From NCBI GenBank assembly GCA_963786935.1, contig CAWBAN010000002.1, positions 352,001 through 416,000 of the forward strand: a DNA stretch of 64,000 bases, in the 5' to 3' direction. The position numbers and the translations under genes were made by a program. The notes beneath the pieces are model-generated. The model did not search any database and was not told the origin of the DNA. It saw only the letters and a program-made list of their open reading frames with translations. Source of the stretch: an uncultured bacterium (GTDB lineage Bacteria; Krumholzibacteriota; Krumholzibacteriia; Krumholzibacteriales; Krumholzibacteriaceae). Position 1 is the stretch's first letter. Each line of letters begins with the position of its first letter. Below are positions 50,808 through 61,186 of the stretch, piece after piece.

Positions 50808-51236
50808 ATGTTGATGCCGAAGAAAACGAAGTATCGCAAGCAGCAGAGGGGCCGGAGACGCGGCATGGCGACCCGGGGCGCGAGCATCGACTTCGGGACG
50901 TACGGGCTGCAGAGCGAGGACCCCGCGTGGGTCACGAACCGCCAGATCGAGGCGGCGCGCGTCGCGATCATGCGCCATATCAACCGGGCGGGAAAGCTCT
51001 GGATCAGGATCTTCCCCGATAAACCGGTCACGGTGAAGCCGGCGGAGACGCGCATGGGCAAGGGAAAGGGAGCGCCCGAGTACTGGGTGGCGGTCGTGAA
51101 GCCGGGGCGCATCCTGTTCGAGCTCGAGGGAGTCGATATCGACGAGGCGCGCCGCGCGATGCAGCTCGCCTCCTCGAAGCTTCCGATGAAGACGAAGTTC
51201 GTGCGCCGGGTCGCGACGGGTAAGGTGACCGGCTGA
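50808..51236 (+). CDS. rplP: 50S ribosomal protein L16
   Basis: QIEAAR, RMGKGKG. Confidence 0.98.
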   Translation: MLMPKKTKYRKQQRGRRRGMATRGASIDFGTYGLQSEDPAWVTNRQIEAARVAIMRHINRAGKLWIRIFPDKPVTVKPAETRMGKGKGAPEYWVAVVKPGRILFELEGVDIDEARRAMQLASSKLPMKTKFVRRVATGKVTG

Positions 51237-51298
51237 GGCCGGAACGCGGCGGCGCGGAGACGCAAGAGAGGATTTCAGCAATTCGGACGGTTTGAATC

Positions 51299-51541
51299 AT
51301 GAAGGTAACGGAACTGAGAGAGATGAGCATCGACGAGCTCAAGGTCCGCGCGGACGAGCTCTCCGAGGAGCTTTCACGCATGAAGATCCAGCTCGCCTTG
51401 AAGCGGCTCGATAATCCGCTCAAGTCGCGCAACGCGCGTCGGGACCTCGCGCGGATCAAGACGGTCATCAACGAGAAGATCCGGACCGGCACCAAGGCCG
51501 CGGCTGCGCCGGCGGGCTCCGGAACCGCGAAGAAGGCGTAG
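51299..51541 (+). CDS. rpmC: 50S ribosomal protein L29
   Basis: ELREMS, RRDLARIKT; operon position. Confidence 0.94.
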   Translation: MKVTELREMSIDELKVRADELSEELSRMKIQLALKRLDNPLKSRNARRDLARIKTVINEKIRTGTKAAAAPAGSGTAKKA

Positions 51542-51574
51542 GCCCGGCGCGAAACCCGGGCACGAGGAGTGAAG

Positions 51575-51832
51575 ATGGAGACAAGAAAGCCCAGAAAGGT
51601 CATTGTCGGGCGCGTGGTGAGCGATGCGATGAACAAGACGATCTCGGTGTCGGTCGAGCGCATCTTCCAGCATCGGCTGTACAAGAAGATGATCAAGCGC
51701 ACGGCGAAGATCTACGCCCATGACGAGGAGCGCGCGGCGCACGTCGGCGACCTCGTGAAGGTTATGTCGACGCGGCCGCTCAGCAAAATGAAGCGCTGGC
51801 GGGTCGTTGAGGTTCTGGAAAAGGCGAAGTAG
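51575..51832 (+). CDS. rpsQ: 30S ribosomal protein S17
   Basis: GRVVSDAMNKT, RPLSKMKRW. Confidence 0.97.
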   Translation: METRKPRKVIVGRVVSDAMNKTISVSVERIFQHRLYKKMIKRTAKIYAHDEERAAHVGDLVKVMSTRPLSKMKRWRVVEVLEKAK

Positions 51833-51844
51833 GAGTACACGACG

Positions 51845-52213
51845 ATGATACAGACGTATACCATGTTGGTGGTCGCCGACAATTCCGGCGCGAAGAGCGT
51901 CCGCTGCATCAGGGTGATGGGCGGATCGAAGCGGCGGTACGCGGGCATTGGCGACATCATCGCCGCCAACGTCAAGATGGCGATCCCGGGCTCGGCGATC
52001 AAGAAAGGCCAGGTCGTCAAATGCGTGGTCGTGAGGACCCGCAAGGAGCTCAGGAGGAAGGACGGCAGCTACATCCGCTTCGACCAGAACGCGGCGGTGC
52101 TCATCGACGATAAGAAGGAACCGATCGGCACGCGAATCTTCGGGCCGGTGGCGCGCGAGCTCAGGGAGAAGAAGTTCATGAAGATCGTCTCCCTGGCCCC
52201 GGAAGTCATTTAA
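51845..52213 (+). CDS. rplN: 50S ribosomal protein L14
   Basis: [20 protein letters not shown]. Confidence 0.99.
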   Translation: MIQTYTMLVVADNSGAKSVRCIRVMGGSKRRYAGIGDIIAANVKMAIPGSAIKKGQVVKCVVVRTRKELRRKDGSYIRFDQNAAVLIDDKKEPIGTRIFGPVARELREKKFMKIVSLAPEVI

Positions 52214-52230
52214 GGGAACGGGAAACGACA

Positions 52231-52560
52231 ATGAAAATCAAGAAGAACGATCTTGTAAAGGTTATCTCGGGCAACTCCAAGGGGTTGGAGGGCAAGGTGC
52301 TCAAGGTGTTCCCGGAATCCGGCCGCATCATCGTCGAGAAGGTTCATCTCGTCAAGCGGCACACCCGGAAGCAGCAGGGCCGGGGCGGGGCAGCGCAGGG
52401 CGGCATCGTCGAGAAAGAGGCGCCGATTCACATGTCCGACGTCCTGCTCGTGTGCCCGAAGTGCGGCAAGCCGACGCGGACGGCCGTCGTCATCCTCAGC
52501 GACGGGAGCAAGACGCGCAAGTGCAAGAAATGCCAGGAGATGTTGAGCGAGCAGAAGTGA
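52231..52560 (+). CDS. rplX: 50S ribosomal protein L24
   Basis: KOW motif, GGIVEKEAPIH. Confidence 0.97.
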   Translation: MKIKKNDLVKVISGNSKGLEGKVLKVFPESGRIIVEKVHLVKRHTRKQQGRGGAAQGGIVEKEAPIHMSDVLLVCPKCGKPTRTAVVILSDGSKTRKCKKCQEMLSEQK

Positions 52561-52633
52561 CGAGGCGTGACGGCGCGCGGCCGCGAGGCGCCGCGTCCGG
52601 CACGGGAACGGAGAAACGGAAACGGTGAGCGTG

Positions 52634-53194
52634 ATGGCGAATACACAGTACATGCCGAATATCAGACGCCGGTACATCGAAAAAGCGGTGCCGGAAATGA
52701 TGAAGAAGTTCGGTTACAAGAACGTCAACCAGGTGCCCCGCCTCGAGAAGATCGTGATCAACATGGGCGTCGGCGACGCGATCACCGACGCGAAGATCCT
52801 CGAAGCCGCGGTGAAGGATCTCACCGCCATCGCGGGACAGCGCCCGGCGACCTCGCGGTCGCGGACCGCCATCGCGGGATTCAAGCTGCGGGCGGGGATG
52901 CCGATCGGGTGCTTCGTCACGCTCCGGCACGTGCGGATGTTCGAGTTCTTCGACCGCCTCGTCAACGTCGCGATCCCGCGAATCAGGGATTTCCGGGGGC
53001 TCAACCCGCGGAGCTTCGACGGCCGGGGCAACTATTCGTTCGGCGTCAAGGAGCACATCATATTTCCGGAGATCGATTACGACAAGGTACTCAAGGTCAT
53101 GGGCATGGATGTCACGATCGTAACGACGGCGAAGACGGATGAGGAAGCGAAAGAGCTCATCATGCTCCTCGGCATGCCGCTCCGTCAGTCCTGA
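52634..53194 (+). CDS. rplE: 50S ribosomal protein L5
   Basis: [24 protein letters not shown]. Confidence 0.98.
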   Translation: MANTQYMPNIRRRYIEKAVPEMMKKFGYKNVNQVPRLEKIVINMGVGDAITDAKILEAAVKDLTAIAGQRPATSRSRTAIAGFKLRAGMPIGCFVTLRHVRMFEFFDRLVNVAIPRIRDFRGLNPRSFDGRGNYSFGVKEHIIFPEIDYDKVLKVMGMDVTIVTTAKTDEEAKELIMLLGMPLRQS

Positions 53195-53212
53195 TGAGGA
53201 AAGGGAGAATCC

Positions 53213-53398
53213 GTGGCGAAGAAGTGTTTGGTAGCGAAATCGAAGAGGCCGCCGAAATTCAAGGTGAGGGCATATTTCCGTTGCAGCAGGTGCGGACGCC
53301 CGCGCGCGTACCTCCGCAAGTTCGGTATGTGCCGCATCTGTTTCCGCGAGCTGGCGCTCGAGGGGAAGATCCCCGGCGTCACGAAGGCGAGCTGGTAG
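53213..53398 (+). CDS. rpsN: 30S ribosomal protein S14 (type Z)
   Basis: CSRCGR...[14 protein letters not shown]. Confidence 0.97.
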   Translation: MAKKCLVAKSKRPPKFKVRAYFRCSRCGRPRAYLRKFGMCRICFRELALEGKIPGVTKASW

Positions 53399-53447
53399 CC
53401 CCACGGGCGTTGACGGTTGACGAGAGAGAATTTGAGGTGATGGCGAA

Positions 53448-53843
53448 ATGATGACCGATCCGATAGCCGACTTGATCGTCCGGCTGCGCAACGGGAAAAA
53501 AGCGAAGATGACGTTCATCGACGTTCCCGCGTCCCGCATCAAGGCGGGGATCGTGAAGATCCTGCTCGACAACGGGTACGTGAAGAACGTGAAGTACATC
53601 GACGACAACAAGCAGGGGACGCTGCGGATCTACTACAAGTACGACGAGCAGCGCGTCTGCGCGATCGAGGGTTTGAAGCGCGTGAGCCTCCCGAGCCGGC
53701 GCGTGTACGTCCCGAAGGACAAGATCCCCCGCGTCATGGGCGGATTCGGCATCGCGGTCGTCTCGACCTCGAAGGGGCTGTTGACGGACAAGGAGTGCCA
53801 CGTTCTCGGCATCGGCGGAGAGGTTCTTTGCCATATCTGGTAA
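53448..53843 (+). CDS. rpsH: 30S ribosomal protein S8
   Basis: DPIAD, STSKG, GGEVL. Confidence 0.98.
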   Translation: MMTDPIADLIVRLRNGKKAKMTFIDVPASRIKAGIVKILLDNGYVKNVKYIDDNKQGTLRIYYKYDEQRVCAIEGLKRVSLPSRRVYVPKDKIPRVMGGFGIAVVSTSKGLLTDKECHVLGIGGEVLCHIW

Positions 53844-53919
53844 CCGGGCGCGCCGGCGAGCCGGCGTGAAAGGCTTCCCGACGGTTCGGCGCGGGAAGCG
53901 ACGGAGGTAGAAAGTCGAT

Positions 53920-54468
53920 ATGTCACGAGTGGGAAAATATCCGGTGCCGGTCCCGGCGGACGTCAAGGCCGAGCTCGCGGGCAACGTGATCAAGGTCAAG
54001 GGGCCGAAGGGCGAGCTCACCCGCGCGCTCCATCCCGACATGATCATCGAGGTCGCCGAGGGATCGGTCGTCGTGAAGCGCCCGAGCGATTCGAAGATGC
54101 ATCGCTCGCTGCACGGCCTCACGCGGACCCTCATCGCGAACATGGTTGAGGGCGTGTCCAAGGGATACGAGAAGAATCTCGAGATCGAGGGCGTCGAATA
54201 CCGCGCCGAGCTCAAGGGCAAGACGCTCGTCATGAGCCTCGGCTTCGCGCACCAGATCCGGTACGAACCGCGCGAAGGGATCGCCATCGTCCTGCCCGAT
54301 CCCAAGAAGATCAACATCACGGGGATCGACAAGGAGAAGGTCGGCCAGACGGCGGCCGAGATCCGCAAATTCAGACCGCCGGAGCCGTACAAGGGCAAAG
54401 GGGTCCGGTACAAGGGCGAAGTCGTCAAGCACAAGGCCGGCAAGGCTGCCGTCGGCACTGGAACGTAA
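53920..54468 (+). CDS. rplF: 50S ribosomal protein L6
   Basis: MSRVGK, RPPEPYKGKG. Confidence 0.98.
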   Translation: MSRVGKYPVPVPADVKAELAGNVIKVKGPKGELTRALHPDMIIEVAEGSVVVKRPSDSKMHRSLHGLTRTLIANMVEGVSKGYEKNLEIEGVEYRAELKGKTLVMSLGFAHQIRYEPREGIAIVLPDPKKINITGIDKEKVGQTAAEIRKFRPPEPYKGKGVRYKGEVVKHKAGKAAVGTGT

Positions 54469-54489
54469 GGCGAGAGGGAGTCTGGACAG

Positions 54490-54954
54490 GTGAAAAGAGA
54501 CATCAATCAGGAGAAGAGACAGAGCAGGTTGAGACGGCACGAACGCGTTCGCAAGCAGGTGCACGGCACGGCGGCGCGGCCGCGGCTGTGCGTGTTCCGG
54601 AGCCTCAACCATATCTACGCGCAGATCATCGACGACGATTCGGGTCGCACGCTGGCCGCGGCGTCGAGCCTGAAGCTCGAGCTGCAGCCCGTTCCGGCCC
54701 CGGTCGAGAAGGCCCCCGAGGCGGCCGAGAAGCCCGCGAAGGGCGAGAAGGGCGAGAAGGGCAAGGGCGGGAAGAAGCCGGCGCCCCCGGCGAGCCTCAA
54801 GATGAGGCGCTCCTCCGCCGTCGGCAAAGCGATCGCCGTCGTGGCGATCGAGAAGGGCATCAAGGCCGTCGCGTTCGACCGCGGCGGATATCTCTATCAT
54901 GGAAGGGTCGCCGCCTTGGCGAAGGCCGCGAGGGAAGGCGGACTCGAGTTCTAA
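54490..54954 (+). CDS. rplR: 50S ribosomal protein L18 with internal insertion
   Basis: [29 protein letters not shown]. Confidence 0.97.
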   Translation: MKRDINQEKRQSRLRRHERVRKQVHGTAARPRLCVFRSLNHIYAQIIDDDSGRTLAAASSLKLELQPVPAPVEKAPEAAEKPAKGEKGEKGKGGKKPAPPASLKMRRSSAVGKAIAVVAIEKGIKAVAFDRGGYLYHGRVAALAKAAREGGLEF

Positions 54955-55005
54955 CACGCGGGCGTCCACGTTCGGACGCCTCAACTCACCCGTGGGGGTG
55001 TACTG

Positions 55006-55641
55006 GTGAACGGATCAGAAAGCAGAGATTCGAGAGGACCGAGGGATTCGAGGGATTCGCGGGGCCGCGGCGGACCGCGGGACGGCCGCGGGCCGCGCGA
55101 CGCGCGTCCGACGCGCGACGCGGGCGCCGATATGGCTCCCGAGTTTCTCGAACAGACGATTCATATCAACAGGGTCGCCAAGGTAGTCAAGGGCGGACGC
55201 CGGTTCGGCTTCAACGCGCTCGTCGCCGTCGGCGACGGCATGGGCAAGGTCGGCACCGGTCTCGGCAAGGCGAACGAAATTTCGGACGCCATCCGCAAGG
55301 CGACCGAAGCGGCCAAGAAGGACATGCTCCGCATCCCGATGCAGGGCGGGACGATTCCGTACGAGGTCCTCGGCGTGTTCGGCGCCTCGCGCGTCCTTAT
55401 GAAGCCCGCCTCGCCCGGTACGGGCGTCATCGCGGGCGGCGCGGTGCGCGCCGTGCTCGAGGTCGCCGGCGTGAAGGACATCCTCACGAAGTCGCTCGGG
55501 TCGAACAATCCGCACAACATGGTGAAGGCGACCATGGCGGGGCTCAAGAGCATCCGGAGCGCGCGGGACGTGGCGAGCCGCCGCGGCATCACGATCACGA
55601 AACTGTTCGGGACGAAGGAAGAAAAGGGCGCCGCGGAATAG
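55006..55641 (+). CDS. rpsE: 30S ribosomal protein S5
   Basis: [20 protein letters not shown]. Confidence 0.98.
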   Translation: MNGSESRDSRGPRDSRDSRGRGGPRDGRGPRDARPTRDAGADMAPEFLEQTIHINRVAKVVKGGRRFGFNALVAVGDGMGKVGTGLGKANEISDAIRKATEAAKKDMLRIPMQGGTIPYEVLGVFGASRVLMKPASPGTGVIAGGAVRAVLEVAGVKDILTKSLGSNNPHNMVKATMAGLKSIRSARDVASRRGITITKLFGTKEEKGAAE

Positions 55642-55683
55642 CGCGAGCCGCGCCGGGCGTTCGACTGACAGCGAGGAAATGAA

Positions 55684-55944
55684 ATGGCGAAGATGCTGAA
55701 AATAACGCAGGTCAAGAGCGTCATCAACTCCCTCTACGACAAGCACCGGCCCGTCATGGAGGCTCTCGGCTTCAGGAAGAACCAACATACGCTCTACAAA
55801 AAGGACACGCCGGCGATCCGCGGAATGATCCACCGGGTGCAGCACCTCGTGGTCTGGGAAGCGCTGGACGAGAAGGACGTGAAGGTCCGGGGGAAAAAGG
55901 GGCCGGGGTATACGGTCCTCGATAAGGGAACCACAAGGAGCTAG
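55684..55944 (+). CDS. rpmD: 50S ribosomal protein L30
   Basis: [21 protein letters not shown]. Confidence 0.94.
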   Translation: MAKMLKITQVKSVINSLYDKHRPVMEALGFRKNQHTLYKKDTPAIRGMIHRVQHLVVWEALDEKDVKVRGKKGPGYTVLDKGTTRS

Positions 55945-55949
55945 AGACA

Positions 55950-56432
55950 ATGAAGCTGAGCGAAGTCAGAGCCCCCAAGGGCGCAACGAAAAAGAACAAG
56001 CGGGTCGGGTGCGGCCCCGGCTCCGGACACGGACGGTATTCGACGCGCGGCTGCAAAGGGCAGAAGGCGCGCTCGGGCGGCGGCATCCCCGCGTGGTTCG
56101 AGGGCGGCCAGATGCCCCTCCAGCGGCGCGTGCCGAAGCGCGGGTTCGTCAACAACTTCAAGACCTACTACCAGGTCGTGAACCTCGACGCCCTCGGCGC
56201 GTTCGCCGCGGGCTCGAAGATCAACCGCGGCACCCTCGTCGAGGCGGGGCTCGTTCGCAAGGCCGCGGATCCGGTGAAGATCCTCGGGCGGGGAGCGCTC
56301 TCGGTGGCGCTCGAGGTCGAGGTCGACGCGGTGAGCCGCACGGCGGCGGACGCGATTCTCAAGGCCGGCGGGACGATTCATCTCCTCTCCGGCAAGAGCG
56401 TGCCCGGAACCGAACAGACGGAGAATAAGTAA
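55950..56432 (+). CDS. rplO: 50S ribosomal protein L15
   Basis: KGQKARSG, FEGGQMPL.RRVPKRGF. Confidence 0.98.
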   Translation: MKLSEVRAPKGATKKNKRVGCGPGSGHGRYSTRGCKGQKARSGGGIPAWFEGGQMPLQRRVPKRGFVNNFKTYYQVVNLDALGAFAAGSKINRGTLVEAGLVRKAADPVKILGRGALSVALEVEVDAVSRTAADAILKAGGTIHLLSGKSVPGTEQTENK

Positions 56433-57739
56433 TGTTCAAGAAGCTGCAGGATATATTCAGCATTCCCGAGCTCAAGCGGCGGCTCCTGTTCACGATGGGG
56501 CTCCTCATCGTGTACCGGATCGGCGGCCACATCACGACGCCGATGGTGAACCCGGCGGCGCTCAAGGCCTACTTCGCGAGCCAGCAGGGAACGATCTTCG
56601 CGCTGTACGATCTCTTCGCCGGCGGGAACTTCACCCGCGTGACGATCTTCGCCCTCGGCATCATGCCGTACATCAGCGCGTCGATCATTCTCCAGCTCCT
56701 GCAGGCCGTGATTCCGTACTTCGAGAAGCTCGCCAAGGAAGGGGAGGAAGGGCGGAAGAAGATCACGCAGTACACGCGGTACGGAACGGTGGCCCTGTCG
56801 GTCATCCAGGCGATCGGCATCGCGTTCTTCCTCGAGAACATGGCCGAGGGAGTCGTGCCGAATCCGGGCATGTTCTTCAGGCTCATCACGATCATCACGA
56901 TGACCGCGGGCACGATCTTCGTCATGTGGCTCGGCGAGCAGATCACGGAGCGGGGCATCGGAAACGGCATCTCGCTCATCATCATGATCGGTATCCTCGC
57001 GCGCTATCCGGCCGATTGGCTCGACATGATCCGCGCCCTCCAGATCGGAACGCTCTCGCCCCTCAGGGTCGCGTTCCTCCTCATCGTCATGGTGCTCGTG
57101 ATCGCGAGCGTCATCCTCATCACGCAGGGGCAGCGGCGCATCCCGGTCCAGTACGCCAAGCGCATCGTCGGGCGGCGCGTCTACGGGGGAAAGGCCCAGT
57201 ACATCCCGCTGCGCGTCAACACCGCGGGCGTCATCCCGATCATCTTCGCGCAGTCGATCATGATGTTTCCGAGCACGATCGCGGCGTTCTTCACGGAAAA
57301 CTCGTTCATGCAGGGCATCGTCTCCGCCCTGAATCCGTACGGGGTGATCTACAACACGCTCTACGCGACCATCATCATCTTCTTCACGTACTTCTACACG
57401 GCGATCATCCTGAACCCCGTCGATCTCGCCGATAACATGCAGAAGTACGGCGGGTTCATTCCGGGCATCCGGCCGGGCAAGCGGACGAGCGACTACATCG
57501 ACCGGATTCTCACCCGCGTGACGCTGCCGGGAGCCGTTTTCCTCGCGTTCATCGCGATCCTGCCCGACATGATGATCAAGTGGGGCAAGCTCCCCGCGAC
57601 GGTCTACTTCGGCGGCACGGGGCTCCTCATCGTGGTCGGCGTGATGCTCGATACGCTCCAGCAGATCGAGACGCACCTCCTGATGAGGCACTACGACGGA
57701 TTCATGAAGAAGGGCCGCCTGCAGGGCAGACGGTTCTAG
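56432..57739 (+). CDS. secY: preprotein translocase SecY
   Basis: LGIMPYISASII, GIGNGIS, FIPGIRPG, FGGT. Confidence 0.99.
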   Translation: MFKKLQDIFSIPELKRRLLFTMGLLIVYRIGGHITTPMVNPAALKAYFASQQGTIFALYDLFAGGNFTRVTIFALGIMPYISASIILQLLQAVIPYFEKLAKEGEEGRKKITQYTRYGTVALSVIQAIGIAFFLENMAEGVVPNPGMFFRLITIITMTAGTIFVMWLGEQITERGIGNGISLIIMIGILARYPADWLDMIRALQIGTLSPLRVAFLLIVMVLVIASVILITQGQRRIPVQYAKRIVGRRVYGGKAQYIPLRVNTAGVIPIIFAQSIMMFPSTIAAFFTENSFMQGIVSALNPYGVIYNTLYATIIIFFTYFYTAIILNPVDLADNMQKYGGFIPGIRPGKRTSDYIDRILTRVTLPGAVFLAFIAILPDMMIKWGKLPATVYFGGTGLLIVVGVMLDTLQQIETHLLMRHYDGFMKKGRLQGRRF

Positions 57740-57751
57740 GAAGGTTTCGAC

Positions 57752-58399
57752 GTGGCCGGCACGCATATCGTCATATTGGGGCCCCCGGGCTCCGGCAAGG
57801 GGACGCAGGCCTCCCGCATCGCGCGCGAATACAGCCTCGCGCATCTCTCGACGGGGGACATGCTCCGCGACGCCGTCGCGCGCAAGACCGAGCTCGGGCT
57901 CGAGGCCGAGACGTTCATGAAGCGCGGCCTCCTCGTTTCCGACGAGATCGTCTTCGGTCTCCTCGGCGAGGCGCTCGAGGCGGCGAAGAAGACGGGCTGG
58001 ATCCTGGACGGCTTCCCGCGGAACCTCCTGCAGGCCGAGATGCTTGCGAAGATCCTCGAAGAGCGGGGGGAGAAGATCGATTACGTGCTCGACGTCGCCG
58101 TCGATTTCGAGCTCATCGTCCGCCGGCTTTCGAAGCGTCGCGTGTGCCCCGCGTGCAAGGCCGTCTACAACCTCGATACGATCAAGACGAAGGTCGAGGG
58201 GAAGTGCGACGCGTGCGGCGGCCCCCTCGTCAAGCGTCCCGACGACGAGGAAGACACGGTCCGGCGGCGTCTCGCCGTGTACGAGGAGCAGACCGCGCCC
58301 GTCATCGATTACTACCGGAAGCGGGGCGGCCTCGTCAGCGTGAACGGCGCCGGGGACATCGAAGCGATATTCGCGGAGATACGCCGCGTTTTGAAATGA
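57752..58399 (+). CDS. adk: adenylate kinase (Zn-LID)
   Basis: GPPGSGKGT, LDGFPR, CPAC...CDAC. Confidence 0.97.
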   Translation: MAGTHIVILGPPGSGKGTQASRIAREYSLAHLSTGDMLRDAVARKTELGLEAETFMKRGLLVSDEIVFGLLGEALEAAKKTGWILDGFPRNLLQAEMLAKILEERGEKIDYVLDVAVDFELIVRRLSKRRVCPACKAVYNLDTIKTKVEGKCDACGGPLVKRPDDEEDTVRRRLAVYEEQTAPVIDYYRKRGGLVSVNGAGDIEAIFAEIRRVLK

Positions 58400-59139
58400 T
58401 AGCGATACGGACCCAGCCGGAACTGGATCTCATCCGGCGCAGCGGAGAGATCCTCGCCGAGTGCTTCGCGAAGATCGAGGAAGCGCTCGGGCCGGGCGTC
58501 GAGACCGGCGAGCTCGACCGGATCGCCGAGGAATTCATCAGGATGCGGGGCGCGGTGCCCGCGTTCAAGGGGTACCAGGGGTATCCCGCATCGATCTGCG
58601 CTTCGGTGAACGAGCAGGTTGTGCACGGCATACCGGGCGCGAGGAAGCTCGCCGAAGGGGACATCGTCGGGATCGACGTCGGCGTCGCCCGGAACGGGTA
58701 CTACGCCGACGCGGCGCGCACCTATCCGATCGGAGCGGTGAGCGAGGAGGCCCGGCGGCTCATGCGGGTCACGAAGGAGGCGCTCGACCTCGGCATCGGC
58801 GAGGCGAGGGAGGGGAAGCATCTCTCCGACGTCTCCCACGCGATTCAGGCGCACGCCGAATCGAACGGTTACAGCGTCGTGCGGACGCTCGTGGGACACG
58901 GGATCGGAAGACAGATGCACGAGGACCCGCAGATTCCCAACTTCGGCCTCCCGGGGAACGGCCCCGTGCTCGCCCACGGCATGGTGCTCGCGATCGAGCC
59001 CATGGTGAACGAGGGCAAGGCGGACGTCCTGACGCTGAAAGACAAATGGACGTTCGTAACGGTGGACGGCACGCTGTCCGCCCACTTCGAGGATACGATC
59101 GCCGTCACGAGCGGCGGCCCCGTGGTCATGACCCGGTGA
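58396..59139 (+). CDS. map: type I methionyl aminopeptidase
   Basis: [28 protein letters not shown]. Confidence 0.97.
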   Translation: MIAIRTQPELDLIRRSGEILAECFAKIEEALGPGVETGELDRIAEEFIRMRGAVPAFKGYQGYPASICASVNEQVVHGIPGARKLAEGDIVGIDVGVARNGYYADAARTYPIGAVSEEARRLMRVTKEALDLGIGEAREGKHLSDVSHAIQAHAESNGYSVVRTLVGHGIGRQMHEDPQIPNFGLPGNGPVLAHGMVLAIEPMVNEGKADVLTLKDKWTFVTVDGTLSAHFEDTIAVTSGGPVVMTR

Positions 59140-59209
59140 GGGGGAGCGGGGAAATTCCCGATGCCGCAGGCGACCGGAGCCGCGGCGGAAAGAAGGCGCG
59201 ATACAGGGA

Positions 59210-59428
59210 GTGGCGAAGCAGAAGGGCATAGCGGTAGAAGGGACCGTCGTCGAGGCGCTGCCCAATGCGATGTTCAGGGTGGAGCTCGAAAACAAGCATG
59301 TGATCCTCGCCCACGTCTCCGGCAAGATGCGGATGCATTTCATACGCATCCTTCCCGGCGACCGGGTGGCCGTCGAGCTCAGCCCTTACGATCTGGGACG
59401 AGGCAGGATCACGTACCGGTACAAGTGA
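59210..59428 (+). CDS. infA: translation initiation factor IF-1
   Basis: LPNAMF, SGKMR, SPYDL. Confidence 0.98.
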   Translation: MAKQKGIAVEGTVVEALPNAMFRVELENKHVILAHVSGKMRMHFIRILPGDRVAVELSPYDLGRGRITYRYK

Positions 59429-59444
59429 CGAAGGAAGAGAGATC

Positions 59445-59558
59445 ATGAAAGTGCGCAGCTCAATCAAGAAGATCTGCCCATACTGCAAGATCATCCGCCG
59501 GAAGGGCGTCCTCCGCGTGATCTGCAAGAACCCGAAACACAAGCAGCGGCAGGGCTAG
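59445..59558 (+). CDS. rpmJ: 50S ribosomal protein L36
   Basis: Manual translation [37 protein letters not shown]. Confidence 0.98.
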   Translation: MKVRSSIKKICPYCKIIRRKGVLRVICKNPKHKQRQG

Positions 59559-59595
59559 CGGGTAGCCTCTGCGGCGCTCGTGAAAGGAGTGTTCC

Positions 59596-59976
59596 GTGGC
59601 GCGTATAGTCGGTATCGATATACCCGATAACAAGCATATCGAGATCTCCCTGACGTATATCTTCGGGATCGGCCGCTCGATGGCGAAATCGATCTGCAGG
59701 AAGGCCAACGTGCCCTTCGGCACGAGGACCAGGGATCTCACCGAGGAGCAGACGGTCCGGATCAGGGATATCATCGAGAACGAGCACAAGGTCGAGGGCG
59801 CTCTCCGGAGCGAGGTGACGATGAACATCAAGCGGCTCATGGAGATCGGCTCCTACCGCGGGATGCGTCACAAGATGGGGCTTCCGGTGCGGGGACAGCG
59901 CACGCACACGAACGCACGGACCCGCAAAGGCCCGCGCAATCGCCCCGGCGCGAAAAGGAAAAAAACCGCCGCATAA
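59596..59976 (+). CDS. rpsM: 30S ribosomal protein S13
   Basis: [20 protein letters not shown]. Confidence 0.98.
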   Translation: MARIVGIDIPDNKHIEISLTYIFGIGRSMAKSICRKANVPFGTRTRDLTEEQTVRIRDIIENEHKVEGALRSEVTMNIKRLMEIGSYRGMRHKMGLPVRGQRTHTNARTRKGPRNRPGAKRKKTAA

Positions 59977-60042
59977 CGACGAAGCGGCCCGACGGGCCCG
60001 GTGATCGCGCCCGTCAGGCGTACGAGCAAAGGGAGGTACGAC

Positions 60043-60429
60043 GTGGCTCAGCCGCGCGGTTCAAAGAAAAAAGCCAAGAAGGTGGACATATACGGTATCG
60101 CCCATATCCAGTCCACGTTCAACAACACGATCGTGAGCATCACGGATAAGGAAGGCAACATCATCACCTGGTCGAGCCCGGGGCGGCTCGGACACAAGGG
60201 CTCCCGCAAGAGCACGCCGTTCGCGGCCCAGCAGGCCGCCGCGACCGCGGCGCGCGAAGCGTTGGGGCTCGGGGTGAAGAAGGTCGAAGCGTGGGTGCGG
60301 GGCCCCGGCCCGGGGCGCGAGGCTGCCATCCGGTCGCTCCGCGCGAGCGGGCTCGAAGTGTCGGCGATCAAGGACTGCACGCCGGTGCCGCACAACGGAT
60401 GCCGCGCGAAGAAGCGCAGAAGAATATAG
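60043..60429 (+). CDS. rpsK: 30S ribosomal protein S11
   Basis: [23 protein letters not shown] start after GGAGGT. Confidence 0.98.
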   Translation: MAQPRGSKKKAKKVDIYGIAHIQSTFNNTIVSITDKEGNIITWSSPGRLGHKGSRKSTPFAAQQAAATAAREALGLGVKKVEAWVRGPGPGREAAIRSLRASGLEVSAIKDCTPVPHNGCRAKKRRRI

Positions 60430-60459
60430 CGAGAACGGCTCTGAGGAGGTAACGACTAC

Positions 60460-61089
60460 ATGGCGAGATATTTGGGTGCCAAGTGCAAGCTGTGCCGGAG
60501 AGACGGCGTGAAGCTGTTCCTCAAGGGGGACCGCTGCTATTCGGACAAGTGTGAGATCGAGAAGCGCAACTATCCGCCGGGAGAGCACGGACGCACGAGG
60601 TACAGCAGAAAGAGCAGCTACCGGAACCAGCTCAGGGAGAAGCAGAAGCTCCGCCGTATGTACCTGCTGCTCGAAGCGCCGTTCCGCAATTACTACTTCC
60701 GCGCGGTGAAGATGAAGGGCGTCACGGGCGCGAACCTGCTCAGGCTCCTCGAGCAGCGGCTCGACAACATGGTGTTCCGCATGGGATTCACCCCGTCGCG
60801 CGAGACGGCCCGGCAGCTCGTTCTGCACAAGCATTTCGAGGTCAACGGCAAGATCGTTGACCGGCCGTCGTATCAGCTCAAGCCGGGCGACCGGGTGACG
60901 GTGCGCGAGCGCAGCAAGGACCTCCTCGTCGTCGAGGAGAGCCTGAAGAAATACGGAAGCCGGGGGACCGTTCCCTACATCTCGGTCGACGTGAACAAGC
61001 GCGAGGGGGTCTACCTCGAGGTTCCGACGCGCGAGATGATACCGGTGCCGATCGAGGAAAACATCATCGTGGAGCTCTACTCCAAGTAA
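60460..61089 (+). CDS. rpsD: 30S ribosomal protein S4
   Basis: CKLCRR, QLREKQK, LE.RLDN, VELYSK. Confidence 0.98.
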   Translation: MARYLGAKCKLCRRDGVKLFLKGDRCYSDKCEIEKRNYPPGEHGRTRYSRKSSYRNQLREKQKLRRMYLLLEAPFRNYYFRAVKMKGVTGANLLRLLEQRLDNMVFRMGFTPSRETARQLVLHKHFEVNGKIVDRPSYQLKPGDRVTVRERSKDLLVVEESLKKYGSRGTVPYISVDVNKREGVYLEVPTREMIPVPIEENIIVELYSK

Positions 61090-61186
61090 GGGAACTTGGG
61101 TTGCGGGGCGCGCGGGACCGGCGCGAATCCGGCCCGCGATGGCGTTCCCGCCATGGCGAGCAGGCCGTGCAAGGAGGATTTGGCAG

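Noticed and set aside
49354..53919. GC-rich intergenic palindromes in the ribosomal operons as a REP/MITE family
   Set aside because: They share no common sequence; consistent with generic mRNA hairpins.
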